Position numbers and translations under genes: made by a program. Shown in pieces: positions 1 through 9,163 of a stretch of 64,000 nucleotides of DNA. The notes beneath the pieces are model-generated. The model did not search any database and was not told the DNA's origin. It was given only the letters and a program-made list of their open reading frames with translations. Position 1 is the stretch's first letter, and each line of letters starts with the position of its first letter. This DNA comes from Sedimentisphaerales bacterium (GTDB lineage: Bacteria; Planctomycetota; Phycisphaerae; Sedimentisphaerales; SM23-30). The DNA lies in the NCBI GenBank assembly GCA_016934515.1, contig JAFGSR010000077.1, forward strand, positions 1,330-65,329, written 5' to 3'.

Positions 1-102
1 AATCATTTCTTCGCAACCCGGGCATCTGCACCACAGACCTTCTGGAACGTCGAGTTTTTTCTTGATGGAATAACCATCCCACGATTTGGAATTATCAGCC
101 AT
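1..102 (-). CDS. accD: acetyl-CoA carboxylase carboxyltransferase beta subunit, first 34 codons only (gene continues past the left edge)
   Basis: The reverse complement of 1-102 reads MADNSKSWDGYSIKKKLDVPEGLWCRCPGCEEMI. The PEGLW-x-C-x2-C zinc-ribbon opening is the typical AccD N-terminus. The fragment is too short for the ORF track. Confidence 0.55.
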   Translation of the reverse strand, partial: MADNSKSWDGYSIKKKLDVPEGLWCRCPGCEEMI

Positions 103-196
103 TTTGTGTTCCGAAATTCTAAATACCCAAAAAAATGCACCGCAGGCTGCGATTATTGGCCCTTAATTCAGCTAACACCCATTTGGTTAGTGCGAA

Positions 197-829
197 TTAA
201 TTCAAATCCTCACAGATTATTTTAACTTTTTCCGGAACCAGTAATTGGCTTTTACCCTGCAGATTGTAAACACAAAGGGGTTCCTGATGGTCGATAACCT
301 GCCATAATTGAACCAGAGGCGTTTCGTTGAGCAGGCATTCGATTATTGCCGAAACAAACATGGCCGCAATAATAACAATTGTTTTGTCAGGATTTTTTTC
401 ACCTATCACTGCCAGCGCCTGGGCAACTCGTTGAGTGGTTTCACGTAACGATTCACCCTGTGGCGGCCGAACGCTGGTGGGGTCTTCTCGCCACTGCCGA
501 AATGCCCGACCGTAACGCTTCTTAAGGTCCGAAATTTTCAGCCCCTGCCACAAACCACAATCCAACTCATGCAGGTCGGAATTCTTCTTCCCCTTAAGGT
601 TGCATGCCTCGGCCAAAAATTTTGCCGTAGGACCGGAAGATTCATTACCGCTGCTGTAGATACTGTCCGGCTTCTCACCGATTATCGCCTCTGCCATTTG
701 GCGCAGCGAGTCCTTGCCCAATTCCGAAAGCGGCAATGGCACTACCCCTTGTATTCGACTTTCATCCGCTGACGGATGACCTTCTTGCCAGGCCGTGTCC
801 GCGGCTCTTACCAGTATTAATTTCTTCAT
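197..829 (-). CDS. histidine-phosphatase (phosphoglycerate-mutase-like) fold protein with degenerate active site
   Basis: 210-aa ORF. Family blocks are present: LILVR..DT, RIQG..PLPLSELG, IYSS, ELDCGLWQG and PPQGES. However, RHG is RAA and the distal His block reads IIAAMF. Confidence 0.7.
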   Translation of the reverse strand: MKKLILVRAADTAWQEGHPSADESRIQGVVPLPLSELGKDSLRQMAEAIIGEKPDSIYSSGNESSGPTAKFLAEACNLKGKKNSDLHELDCGLWQGLKISDLKKRYGRAFRQWREDPTSVRPPQGESLRETTQRVAQALAVIGEKNPDKTIVIIAAMFVSAIIECLLNETPLVQLWQVIDHQEPLCVYNLQGKSQLLVPEKVKIICEDLN

Positions 830-984
830 GTTTTAGTGTGTTACCAATACATTACTCAAAACCGCTATTATACATTAATCATATACCAAAATGCAACAGC
901 ATGTAAACCAATCCACACCGCCATCTTTCGTAAATCATTATATAACAATGTATTACACTTATTGGCGGCCTCGCTTTTGCAAGA

Positions 985-1695
985 CTAAAGCAGTGAATCA
1001 AGATTCCCCAAACCCACCAGTTCATGGCTAAAGAACGGTTCGGCATATTTAACCCCCACTCGGGTACCGTAATAACGACACTGGGCTGTAATGTGCTCGA
1101 TGATCCAGCCTCGCTGGGCCGGATCCTGCTGATTAAGCCAGAATTGGCTCTGATAAGCTTCAATCGCAGCTATTTTACGCTCCCACTGGCTCGTAACATC
1201 CACCACAAAACGAGGATTCGCATGCTGACGCAGGTGGGATGCGTAAAAATAAATGATTTTTTCCGGATAGTGAGGCTCAAATGCCATATCAGTTTTCGTC
1301 AGTTTTGCCGTAAATCTAGCATCCACAACCAGTTCCGATGCGTGAATGTGGTCCGGATGGGCGTCCGGCAACGCCGTCGTAAAAAGCCACCGTGGCTTGA
1401 ATTCGCGAATGGCTTCAGCAACTATTTTGCGGTTTTCTAGAGTATTTTCCAGATAACGATTGGGTAGGTTCAGACAAATCCGCTTGGTCAGGTTCAGCAC
1501 CTGGGCAGCCTTTTCCGCTTCTGCAGCGCGAATTTCGATGCTTCCCGCCGGCGTCGGTTCCCCGTTGGTAAGGTCCGCCAGAATAACCTCCCACCCGTCA
1601 TCCAGCAATTTCCCGATGGTCCCGCCCATACCAATCTCAGCATCGTCCGGGTGCGGCGAAAGTATCAACGCCCGTTTTTTCATTTTTTTCTCCAT
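985..1695 (-). CDS. PIG-L/LmbE-family N-acetylglucosaminyl deacetylase (BshB1-like)
   Basis: 236-aa ORF with the signature LSPHPDDAEIGMGGT and HPDH. It is colinear with BshB1-type deacetylases through AIEAYQSQF. Confidence 0.85.
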   Translation of the reverse strand: MEKKMKKRALILSPHPDDAEIGMGGTIGKLLDDGWEVILADLTNGEPTPAGSIEIRAAEAEKAAQVLNLTKRICLNLPNRYLENTLENRKIVAEAIREFKPRWLFTTALPDAHPDHIHASELVVDARFTAKLTKTDMAFEPHYPEKIIYFYASHLRQHANPRFVVDVTSQWERKIAAIEAYQSQFWLNQQDPAQRGWIIEHITAQCRYYGTRVGVKYAEPFFSHELVGLGNLDSLL

Positions 1696-1739
1696 TTCAT
1701 CCGCTCCAATTACAGATTCACAGAATCAAAGATTCAAAC

Positions 1740-2984
1740 TCATCCCGACACTGGAACAAATGCCATTTGCTCCTTATACACCCGTTCAATTCTATCGGCC
1801 ATTTTCTCGTGGTCAAATTCTGCCCGGCAAAGCTCACGACCGCCGCTCCCCAGTTTTCTCCGAAGCTCGCTGTCGCTTATCAGTTTCTCCTGAGCCTCAA
1901 TCAGACCAGCCACGTCCCTCGGCTCAATCAAAAATCCGGTCTTACCATTGATAACAATTTCCCGGGCCCCATCCACGTCAAAACTGATCACCGCTTTGCC
2001 GCAGAGCATCGCCTGGCTCAGCGCCCGCGCCAACCCTTCCCGAAGCGAACAGTGCACCAGAACATCCGACGCATGCAGCAATTCCGCCACCCGCTCCGGA
2101 GCCACCAGTCCACTCAGCCGAAAACGCTTCGTCAGACCCGCTTGGGCAATCTGTCTCTCAATTCGACCCCGCCAGGAACCGTCACCGATAAACAACCAGA
2201 TAACGTTTTTGTGTCGGGCCGCAATTTCTTTCGCCGATTCAATAATGAATTCGTGCCCTTTCAGCTTAAACAACCGCGCCACCGTAGCAATCACCACCGC
2301 GTCAGACGGAATATCCAATTCACCCCGCAACTGGGCAATCCGCTCCGCACTCGGATCGCTGAGATAATTCGCAGTTTCCACCCCCGAAAAAATCCGCGTG
2401 AATTTCTCCGAACCACCCACTCCAGCCGCCATCGCCTGATCAGTCATAGCCTGGGCAACAGAAATAAAACAATCCGTCTTAGCCGCCGCACCCCGCTCCA
2501 CAGCTATATAAAATCGATTAACCAGCCACGATTGATAAGGGTGAAACGCCAACCCATGAATCGTATGAATAATCCGCGGCCGCCCGCAAAACGCCGCCTG
2601 CGCCTGACGCATCTTGGTAACCACCGGACAACAAGCTGCACTGTTGCTCGCGCGGATCGCCGCCGCCGCCCGTCGCCCCAGAATGCCCGCCTTTGCCGAA
2701 TGCGTGTGAACAATGTCCGCATCCAGCTCCACCAGCAACTTCTTAATTCGCCCGTAAGCCGCCAAATCATAAAAAGGATTAATCGCCCGCCGCAGACTAT
2801 CAATCTCAATCACCCGATAACCACCCGCCCGCGCCCGATCCATCAACTGCCCCTCCGGTCCCAGCGGCGGCCCCGTAATCAGCGTCACCTCATGCCCCCG
2901 CCGGTGCAAACCCTCACAGGTAAACAGAGTGTTCTCCTGCGCCCCTCCCAGAATCAACCGCGTTATTATGTGAACAATCTTCAT
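1740..2984 (-). CDS. glycosyltransferase family 4 (GT-B fold)
   Basis: 414-aa ORF with a GT4-type N-terminus (MKIVHIITRLILGGAQ) and a C-terminal sugar-nucleotide block (SLREGLARALSQAMLCGKAVISFDVDGAREIV). It lies 44 nt upstream of the deacetylase on the same strand. Confidence 0.85.
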   Translation of the reverse strand: MKIVHIITRLILGGAQENTLFTCEGLHRRGHEVTLITGPPLGPEGQLMDRARAGGYRVIEIDSLRRAINPFYDLAAYGRIKKLLVELDADIVHTHSAKAGILGRRAAAAIRASNSAACCPVVTKMRQAQAAFCGRPRIIHTIHGLAFHPYQSWLVNRFYIAVERGAAAKTDCFISVAQAMTDQAMAAGVGGSEKFTRIFSGVETANYLSDPSAERIAQLRGELDIPSDAVVIATVARLFKLKGHEFIIESAKEIAARHKNVIWLFIGDGSWRGRIERQIAQAGLTKRFRLSGLVAPERVAELLHASDVLVHCSLREGLARALSQAMLCGKAVISFDVDGAREIVINGKTGFLIEPRDVAGLIEAQEKLISDSELRRKLGSGGRELCRAEFDHEKMADRIERVYKEQMAFVPVSG

Positions 2985-3005
2985 GCTTTGTCGATCTCAA
3001 AGTAC

Positions 3006-5843
3006 TCATTTTTCCTTGTAAAGCTCATCCCACCACTGCGGCTGATCCTTCAGGTGCTTATCAAACCACGCCATAATGGTCTTCATCCACAGCTTACGCT
3101 TCTTATAATCGCTGATGCCGTGGTTCTGCCCTTCAACCTCTACCAGCTCAACTTCCCTGCCCAGCAGCTTCAGCGCCGTAAACAACTGAATACTCTCGCC
3201 CGGCGGCACATTAGTGTCCACCGTCCCATGCAGCAGCAACAGCGGCGTATGAATCTTATCCGCGTTAAACAGCGAACTCTGCTTAACAAATAGCTCCGGC
3301 CGACTCCACGGGTAACTCTCCGCCGCCGAAACCGCACAATACAAATAGCCCCAGTACCCCTCGCCCCAATAACTTGAAATCGAACTGATCCCGGCATGAC
3401 TTACCGCCGCCGCAAAAATATCCGTCCGCGTCTGCAGCAACTGCGTCATGAACCCCCCGTAAGAAGCACCCAGACATCCCACCCGCTCCGCATCGACAAA
3501 AGGATGCGCCGCCAAAAACTGCTTCACCCCGTCAATAATTTCATCCGCCACAATAATTCCCCAGTCATTCACATGCAAAGCCGAAAACTCCTGCCCGAAC
3601 CCCGTCGCCCCGCTCGGCTGCAGAACGTAAACCACATACCCCTGCGCCGCCCACAAATTGTAAGGATAACTCCCGTCAAACGACCGGCTGACCGGATTGG
3701 TACCACCGTAATAATAAACCATGCACGGATATTCCTGATCCGCATCAAATTCCGACGGATAATAAATCCGCCCCTCAATCTCCACGTCCCGCTCATTCCG
3801 AAAAGTCCAACGCTCCACCTCACTCAACGTAACATCCCTGTACTCTTTTTCCCCGGGGTCCAGCAGCAGCCGCGGTTCTCGCTTTTTCAACTCCAGCGCA
3901 AAAACCTTCAACGGCATCGCCGCACTGGAACCGGTATATACCGCCCGCGGATAGTTCTCCGCAATAGCCACGCTGCCCAAAACCTCAACACCCGTCTCGA
4001 TTGCTTCATAAGTTTTCGCCGCCAGATCGAATCGGAACAGACGCACATGGGATTTATCAGCCGCCTTGAAATAAATAGCATCTTCCGTTTTCGACCACCA
4101 CCCGCCTTTAATCTGCGGGTCAAATTCACGCGTGATCGGATCCACTTCTTTCGTTTGCAGATCGAATATAAAAGCCTGCGTGTCGTAATTGTTGGAAATC
4201 ATCCCCTCCGGAACATTCTCGCCAATGGTCCCAAAAATCGCCGGCCCGCCCGTAACCAGCAGCTTCTCCCCGTCCGGTGACCACTGTGCACTGGCCGACC
4301 ATTTGTTTTTCCAGAGCGCTTCCACTTGCATCGTCGCAAGCTCCAGCACAAACATTTCCGTTTCTTCGTAAGGCCACTCTTCATATTTCGGCCGCGATTG
4401 GCTGAACAACACCTTCTTACCGTCCGGATTGATACCGTTCAGGTTCGTCGATAGCCGCCCCGCCGTCAACCGCCGCCGCGTTCCCGTCGCCACGTTCAAC
4501 TGATAAAGAAAACTCCTCTCCCGCCAACCCGACTGCCGATCCTCCATCCCCCGCACCCGACGCAGACCGGTCTTTTCCGTCTCGTCCTTCTCCGGCTTCT
4601 CCGTCACACTGTAAATTATAAACGATCCCTCCGGCGACCACGAATATCCACCCATCTCCTTCACATCTTCGATAAGCGCCTTGCTCTGACCCGTCTCCAA
4701 ATCAACCAGCCACAAAGTCTTCCCGCCATTTTCGCTGCTGGTATATGAAAATTTCCTGCCCACCGGCGCCCACTTAATCGACGAAATCTTCATCCCGCCT
4801 CGATAAGTATTCAACAGCGAATTATCCACGCTCCGCCGCAACTCCAGCCACGATTCACTCTTACCTTCCAGTGATTTACAACCCCGCCTCACCAGACCAA
4901 TCAACTCACCGTCCGGCGAAATCGATACCTGCCCCACCCCCGGACTGTGCGCCAGCCGGTCAAGATTCATCTTACTCGCCGGATCAGTTCCCAAAATCAG
5001 GTTGGCACTTTGCCACTGCTGGTCCGGTTTCAGCGACGCCTGTATCTGCCAGTCCTCCCCATTGTTCGGATCTCGCAACGCCCTAATCAACAACAAATGC
5101 TTACCCGTCTCCAATACCATTTTAGCCGTCGCCTTGCCCGGCTTAACGGATTTCTTCTCCTTATCTTCCCCTTCCGCCGTTTTTCCAGCAGCCTCCTCGG
5201 AATCATTTACCGTATCATTTTCATTTTCCCCTTCAGCATCCTTTACGGAATCTTTTTCCGTCGGCTTCTGTGAATTTGCTTTCGTAGCAATCTCCTGGTT
5301 GTCCAGATACGCTTTCAGCAGATGACAACTCTTAACCTCCACCTCGATTTTCATCCACCTCTTGGCTTCCACATAAGCCGCCAGATACACCATCTCCGCA
5401 CTGCCGACCGATTCAATTTCACCCGCTTCCGCCGAATCCTCCACTCCGTTGCTCAACCGCACAAAATGATTCGGATCCTCACTCGCCGCCTGCTCCCGCC
5501 ACTGCAACTTCAAACCCCCGTCCCAGTCAATCTCGTCCCCCGCCTTAGGCCGCCACTCCTTAATTTCAATCGGCTCAAATGCCAACAGGTTCTTCAACTC
5601 ATAAGCCTTACCCTCCAGATTCTTAACCTCATCAAACACCGGCAAAGCCTGCGCCACCGAATCCGTAACCAACCACTCCACAATCGCAATCGGCTCATTG
5701 GGATCCCCAACTTGTTCCCCGCCTTGTTCCGCATTCGAATCAACAACCGCACCGGATACGCCTGCCCCGCACCACAAAACAGCCCAAGCCCCCAGAACTA
5801 CTAAAACCACCATATTCCGCCAACCTGAATAATTGCTTAACAT
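3006..5843 (-). CDS. secreted S9-family serine peptidase (prolyl oligopeptidase / acylaminoacyl-peptidase type) with PD40/TolB-like beta-propeller
   Basis: The nucleophile elbow is GASYGGFMT, with downstream LLLHGTVDTNV (Asp) and GQNHGI (His). PD40-like motifs ISPDGELI, WSPEGSFIIY and WSPDGEKLLV are present. I start the gene at ATG 5843 (MLSNYSGWRNMVVLVVLGAWAV, signal-like) because the ORF-track extension to 6008 is translated repeat DNA. Confidence 0.85.
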   Translation of the reverse strand: MLSNYSGWRNMVVLVVLGAWAVLWCGAGVSGAVVDSNAEQGGEQVGDPNEPIAIVEWLVTDSVAQALPVFDEVKNLEGKAYELKNLLAFEPIEIKEWRPKAGDEIDWDGGLKLQWREQAASEDPNHFVRLSNGVEDSAEAGEIESVGSAEMVYLAAYVEAKRWMKIEVEVKSCHLLKAYLDNQEIATKANSQKPTEKDSVKDAEGENENDTVNDSEEAAGKTAEGEDKEKKSVKPGKATAKMVLETGKHLLLIRALRDPNNGEDWQIQASLKPDQQWQSANLILGTDPASKMNLDRLAHSPGVGQVSISPDGELIGLVRRGCKSLEGKSESWLELRRSVDNSLLNTYRGGMKISSIKWAPVGRKFSYTSSENGGKTLWLVDLETGQSKALIEDVKEMGGYSWSPEGSFIIYSVTEKPEKDETEKTGLRRVRGMEDRQSGWRERSFLYQLNVATGTRRRLTAGRLSTNLNGINPDGKKVLFSQSRPKYEEWPYEETEMFVLELATMQVEALWKNKWSASAQWSPDGEKLLVTGGPAIFGTIGENVPEGMISNNYDTQAFIFDLQTKEVDPITREFDPQIKGGWWSKTEDAIYFKAADKSHVRLFRFDLAAKTYEAIETGVEVLGSVAIAENYPRAVYTGSSAAMPLKVFALELKKREPRLLLDPGEKEYRDVTLSEVERWTFRNERDVEIEGRIYYPSEFDADQEYPCMVYYYGGTNPVSRSFDGSYPYNLWAAQGYVVYVLQPSGATGFGQEFSALHVNDWGIIVADEIIDGVKQFLAAHPFVDAERVGCLGASYGGFMTQLLQTRTDIFAAAVSHAGISSISSYWGEGYWGYLYCAVSAAESYPWSRPELFVKQSSLFNADKIHTPLLLLHGTVDTNVPPGESIQLFTALKLLGREVELVEVEGQNHGISDYKKRKLWMKTIMAWFDKHLKDQPQWWDELYKEK

Positions 5844-5953
5844 GACAAAATCCTTATTTTTTCGAATCCTCAATTTAACTTCACTTTGCCAGGAAATGGC
5901 AATTCTACCCCGATAAAACGAAATTGCAATCAATACCTGATCAGTCATTAGCT

Positions 5954-6010
5954 GTAGGATGGGCTTCAGCCCATGCTGAATTCTGTATCGCCGGCGTCTC
6001 GCCGGCATCC
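5954..6010. repeat. composite hairpin repeat (module A gtaggatgggcttcagcccatgctgaat plus module B tgccggcgagacgccggcg-type palindrome)
   Basis: Module A recurs identically at 9101-9128. Module B, inverted here, recurs at 13746-13768. Both contain perfect short palindromes (tgggct..agccca and gccggcg..cgccggc). Confidence 0.8.
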
Positions 6011-6138
6011 TGAAACACTCAGATCATAAAAAAAACCACCGTAAAAACGAGAAAAACCACACTTAACAATTTTTCTCAAAATTTCTCAAAAAAATTGGTT
6101 AATCGGGAACTTTTCGCGTTTAAAATACGACATTAAAA

Positions 6139-6642
6139 GTGGAAAACAAAATGACCGACGAAAACGCGTTAACCATGGAAAACTGCTGGGCAGATTCGTC
6201 GAAACAGTTGCTGGGTTATCTGTACAGCATCTGCCCAGACCACTCCGAAGCCGAGGACCTGCTCCAGGAGTGCTACCTGCGGGCCTGGCGGAATTGGAAA
6301 CAATTTCGAGGCCACGGCTCCCGGCAGGGTTGGCTCTTTGCTATCGCCCGGCGCGTATTGGCCGATAAATTCCGCCGGAAAAAACTTTCGTTTGTCAATA
6401 ACACCCAGACTTGGGATATTCCGGTTGAAACTGATTCGCAAGCCGAAGACTCCGAATACCTTTGGCACATTATCAATCAACTGCCGCCGGAATTTCAAAA
6501 CATTATAAAATTGCGCTTCGCCGGACAACTTAGTTATGCCGAAATCGCTCAGGCTCTGGATGAACCCATCGGCACGGTTCGCTCACGACTACATCGCGCG
6601 TTAAAAAAAATACGTTCACAGATATTTCAGCCAGACAAATAA
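6139..6642 (+). CDS. ECF-type RNA polymerase sigma-70 factor
   Basis: 167-aa ORF with region 2 (DLLQECYLRAWRNWKQFRG..WLFAIARRVLADKFRR) and region 4 HTH (LSYAEIAQALDEPIGTVRSRLHRALKKIR). The start is GTG 6139 or ATG 6151. Confidence 0.85.
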   Translation: MENKMTDENALTMENCWADSSKQLLGYLYSICPDHSEAEDLLQECYLRAWRNWKQFRGHGSRQGWLFAIARRVLADKFRRKKLSFVNNTQTWDIPVETDSQAEDSEYLWHIINQLPPEFQNIIKLRFAGQLSYAEIAQALDEPIGTVRSRLHRALKKIRSQIFQPDK

Positions 6643-6733
6643 TATGATCCAGCTTATTTCAGAAATTTGTGTTTTTTGTAACTTTTGTGGCATTTTAAAT
6701 CCGTGTAATCCGTGAAATCCGTGGTTAAAACTC

Positions 6734-6757
6734 TTAATTCTCTGTGTCCTCTGTGGC
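6734..6757 (+). repeat. word-doubling module ttaattctctgtgtcctctgtggc
   Basis: Near copies occur at 7483-7516 (same orientation) and 22203-22226 (inverted). It is preceded by tccgtgtaatccgtgaaatccgtgg at 6700-6725. Confidence 0.75.
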
Positions 6758-6786
6758 TTCTTAAAAAATCCGGGAAAGGTTGGACC

Positions 6787-7344
6787 ATGAAGATTAACGA
6801 CGAAATCATCGAACGCCTCGCAATGGACCAGGCCTGCGGTGAACTTACCGCCGACGCCGCCGCCTTGCTCAATGTCTGGCTGGAGAACAACCCCGCCGCC
6901 CAGCAACGAGCTGAAAAAATCACCGCAACCTTTCAACTAACCGAATCGACCGTGCAGCAAAAAGTCAATTCCATCCTCATTAGCACCGCCGCTCCTTCAA
7001 GGCCGATGCCCAGGTTATCAAAGCTCTCCTTATTATTGCCCCGCATTACTCAAGCTGCCATAATCCTCATAGCCTTGACTCTGGGACTCTGCACCGGGCG
7101 TCTATCCAATTCAGTTAACCGGGCCGACCCCACTTCGTCGAAACCGACGGTAATATACCAGATAAATGATGGCCGGCATTCAAATAATTCTCTCATGAAA
7201 AAGAACGGCTTCTGGCACAACTATTTAATCGCGTCAGCCCAACCCAGAAGCTTTCCACCCCCACAAAAATTAATCCAAAACGATAACAACTTCTGGCCCG
7301 ACATCAACCAAATAAAAGAAAACCACAACCACTCAAAAAATTAA
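6787..7344 (+). CDS. putative anti-sigma factor (single-pass membrane protein)
   Basis: It lies downstream of the ECF sigma. The N-terminus MKINDEIIERLAMDQACGELTADAAALLNVWLENNP is typical of anti-sigma N-domains, and one TM segment is present (AAIILIALTLGLCTG). ATG 6787 was chosen because the upstream part of the ORF is repeat DNA. Confidence 0.55.
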   Translation: MKINDEIIERLAMDQACGELTADAAALLNVWLENNPAAQQRAEKITATFQLTESTVQQKVNSILISTAAPSRPMPRLSKLSLLLPRITQAAIILIALTLGLCTGRLSNSVNRADPTSSKPTVIYQINDGRHSNNSLMKKNGFWHNYLIASAQPRSFPPPQKLIQNDNNFWPDINQIKENHNHSKN

Positions 7345-7372
7345 ATATCTTACGCAAAAAGTCCACCTCAAT

Positions 7373-7406
7373 GGGTGGCACCGCCAAGCGCAGCTTGGGG
7401 GTGGTC
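7373..7406 (+). repeat. hairpin module gggtggcaccgccaag-n-cttgggggtggtc
   Basis: An inverted near copy lies at 22369-22401. Confidence 0.75.
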
Positions 7407-7482
7407 TTGCGGAATGGACAACAGCTCCGTAGGGTAGGGCTTGCCCCACCGTTTTATCTTTCGTGTTTTTTCTGACCAGAAA

Positions 7483-7516
7483 TTAAATTCTCTGTGTCCT
7501 CTGAGTCCTCTGTGGC
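7483..7516 (+). repeat. word-doubling module (copy 2, with internal duplication ctctgagtcctctg)
   Basis: It matches 6734-6757 and the reverse complement of 22203-22226. Confidence 0.75.
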
Positions 7517-7593
7517 AAAAATCTTAAATGAAAATCATGACTATCATGTTATCCTGTCTAAAATCTTAACTTCATTACTGAAAGGGAAAACAA

Positions 7594-9063
7594 ATGATTA
7601 AACTAAAACAAAAAATCCTGCTGGTTCTCTCGGCATTGCTCCTGACCACTCTTGCCGGATGTCTCCCCGAAGATAAAGCCGACTTCTCCGACGACGGCTC
7701 GGTGGGCGTTGCCAAAATATCCAACAATTTGTACCTGATCGACGGCCAAAACAATACCGCTAAAATTATCGACCAGGGGGAGCTGCAAATCGGTCCCTCC
7801 ATCACCGCCGATGGCAAAATGATCGCCTATGCCAAAAACGAATTCTTCAAAAATCCCGACCAACTCGACAAACTGCTCCCCGAAGATCAACTAAGCGTTA
7901 TAAAACAATATATCCGTGACATTAGCGCCTTAATCATCGCCGATGGAGGCGTCAACAAAGACAAAATCGAAAAGGGAACATTATTCCCCCGTATGCAAAG
8001 CGGACAATTCGCCGGCCTGGTGTTCAGCCTCATCGCCCTCCAGGCCGACCAGGCTTTGCTCGACCTGCTTAAACCGGACGAATTAAAACTCGCTCAGGCC
8101 GTAAAAGAACAGGGCTTCAAACTCTGCCATCTTTACGTAACCACCCTGGATGGCCTGAATATCCAAAATAAGCAGACCATTTACATTAGCTGCTTCTCCA
8201 TGATTTCACCAAAAATATCACCCGATGGAAAATCAATTGCATATCTAATTCAAGACGATTTTCGGGACGATGACAATATAACCTATAATCTGCATGTAGC
8301 GACTCTCGACGGCAAAATCAAAGCCGCTCAGGTCGCTCCCCACACCGCTTTTGGCGGATACGCCTGGAGCCCCGATAGCACAAAACTTGCATTTATCAAA
8401 AATGAATCTCCAGGACAAAAAGACGATTTTATGTTGGGAACATTATCCGAACGGCAAATATCCGATAAAAATGGGCAATTGGACGTTAAACTTGCTCAGG
8501 ACCGGCAAAATTACAATTCAATAGCAACTCATTATTGTCAGGGTAAAGATACCGAATTGGCCGGGATGGTTTTTTATCCCTGGTTAAGCGCCACTTATCA
8601 CCCCTCCGGACGGATATTCTTCTCCACTACACCCATCACACTACCAGCCGGTGAGTTACAACGCCCGGAAAATATGTCCGTTTTTTGTTATGATCCCCTG
8701 TTAAAAACCGTTACCGACGTGCTGCCCCAGGATATCTCGGCCCAGCTAAGCACCAGTGTTATAAATTTCGAAATCTCCCCGGACGGAAAAAAGTTATTGC
8801 TGCCCCTGCAAAAACAACGTTTCATGATTTACACTTTGGGACAAACCAAATCCATCGAACCGCTCACCGATGCCGACGCCTTCGGCGATGAGAATGCCCT
8901 TAAAATGGCCCCAGCCTTCAAAGGCAATAACCAGATTACCTGCCTCGTCGAAAAAGATTCCCACTTCTTTAAAGACTTCTCTCCCGATTCACTAAAAGAT
9001 CAGGAAATCGCCATCCTCGATACTCAGGGAAAATTCGTCAACCTGTTAACAACTCAACCGTAG
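7594..9063 (+). CDS. lipoprotein with PD40/TolB-like beta-propeller repeats
   Basis: 489-aa ORF with a signal peptide plus lipobox (LLLTTLAGC) and repeated motifs ISPDGKSIAY, WSPDSTKLAF and ISPDGKKLLL. Confidence 0.7.
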   Translation: MIKLKQKILLVLSALLLTTLAGCLPEDKADFSDDGSVGVAKISNNLYLIDGQNNTAKIIDQGELQIGPSITADGKMIAYAKNEFFKNPDQLDKLLPEDQLSVIKQYIRDISALIIADGGVNKDKIEKGTLFPRMQSGQFAGLVFSLIALQADQALLDLLKPDELKLAQAVKEQGFKLCHLYVTTLDGLNIQNKQTIYISCFSMISPKISPDGKSIAYLIQDDFRDDDNITYNLHVATLDGKIKAAQVAPHTAFGGYAWSPDSTKLAFIKNESPGQKDDFMLGTLSERQISDKNGQLDVKLAQDRQNYNSIATHYCQGKDTELAGMVFYPWLSATYHPSGRIFFSTTPITLPAGELQRPENMSVFCYDPLLKTVTDVLPQDISAQLSTSVINFEISPDGKKLLLPLQKQRFMIYTLGQTKSIEPLTDADAFGDENALKMAPAFKGNNQITCLVEKDSHFFKDFSPDSLKDQEIAILDTQGKFVNLLTTQP

Positions 9064-9128
9064 GATGGGTAACTTGTTGGGTCATCCTGAGCGAAATATC
9101 GTAGGATGGGCTTCAGCCCATGCTGAAT
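9059..9128. repeat. two tandem hairpin modules, the second an exact copy of module A
   Basis: 9101-9128 is identical to 5954-5981. 9059-9095 (gtaggatgggtaacttgttgggtcatcctgagcgaa) is a related gtaggatggg-type hairpin. Confidence 0.8.
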
Positions 9129-9163
9129 CTTCTAAAATCTGGCACCTAGCACCTAACACCTAA

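Noticed and set aside
1767-3293. A 508-aa plus-strand ORF overlapping the GT4 gene and the 3' end of the S9 peptidase gene.
   Set aside because: This is the same artefact, a shadow ORF opposite NNG-rich genes. The composition is low-complexity and R/P/L/H/Q-rich. It spans two unrelated genes and the gap between them.
5844-6008. A 55-codon N-terminal extension of the S9 peptidase in the ORF track (MPARRRRYRIQHGLKPILQL..).
   Set aside because: The extension is the translated module A/B repeat, with copies at 9101-9128 and 13746-13768. A signal-peptide-like start is available at 5843.
6106-6131. An ECF-type autoregulated promoter, suggested by GGAACTT at 6106-6112 upstream of the sigma gene.
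   Set aside because: The -35-like element is convincing, but I could not identify a matching -10 (CGT-type) at 16-17 nt spacing. The implied leader would also be only a few nucleotides. I left it unannotated.
6712-6786. A 25-codon N-terminal extension of the anti-sigma gene.
   Set aside because: It is a translation of the ccgtgaaatccgtgg / tctgtgtcctctgtggc repeat modules. The typical anti-sigma opening begins at ATG 6787.
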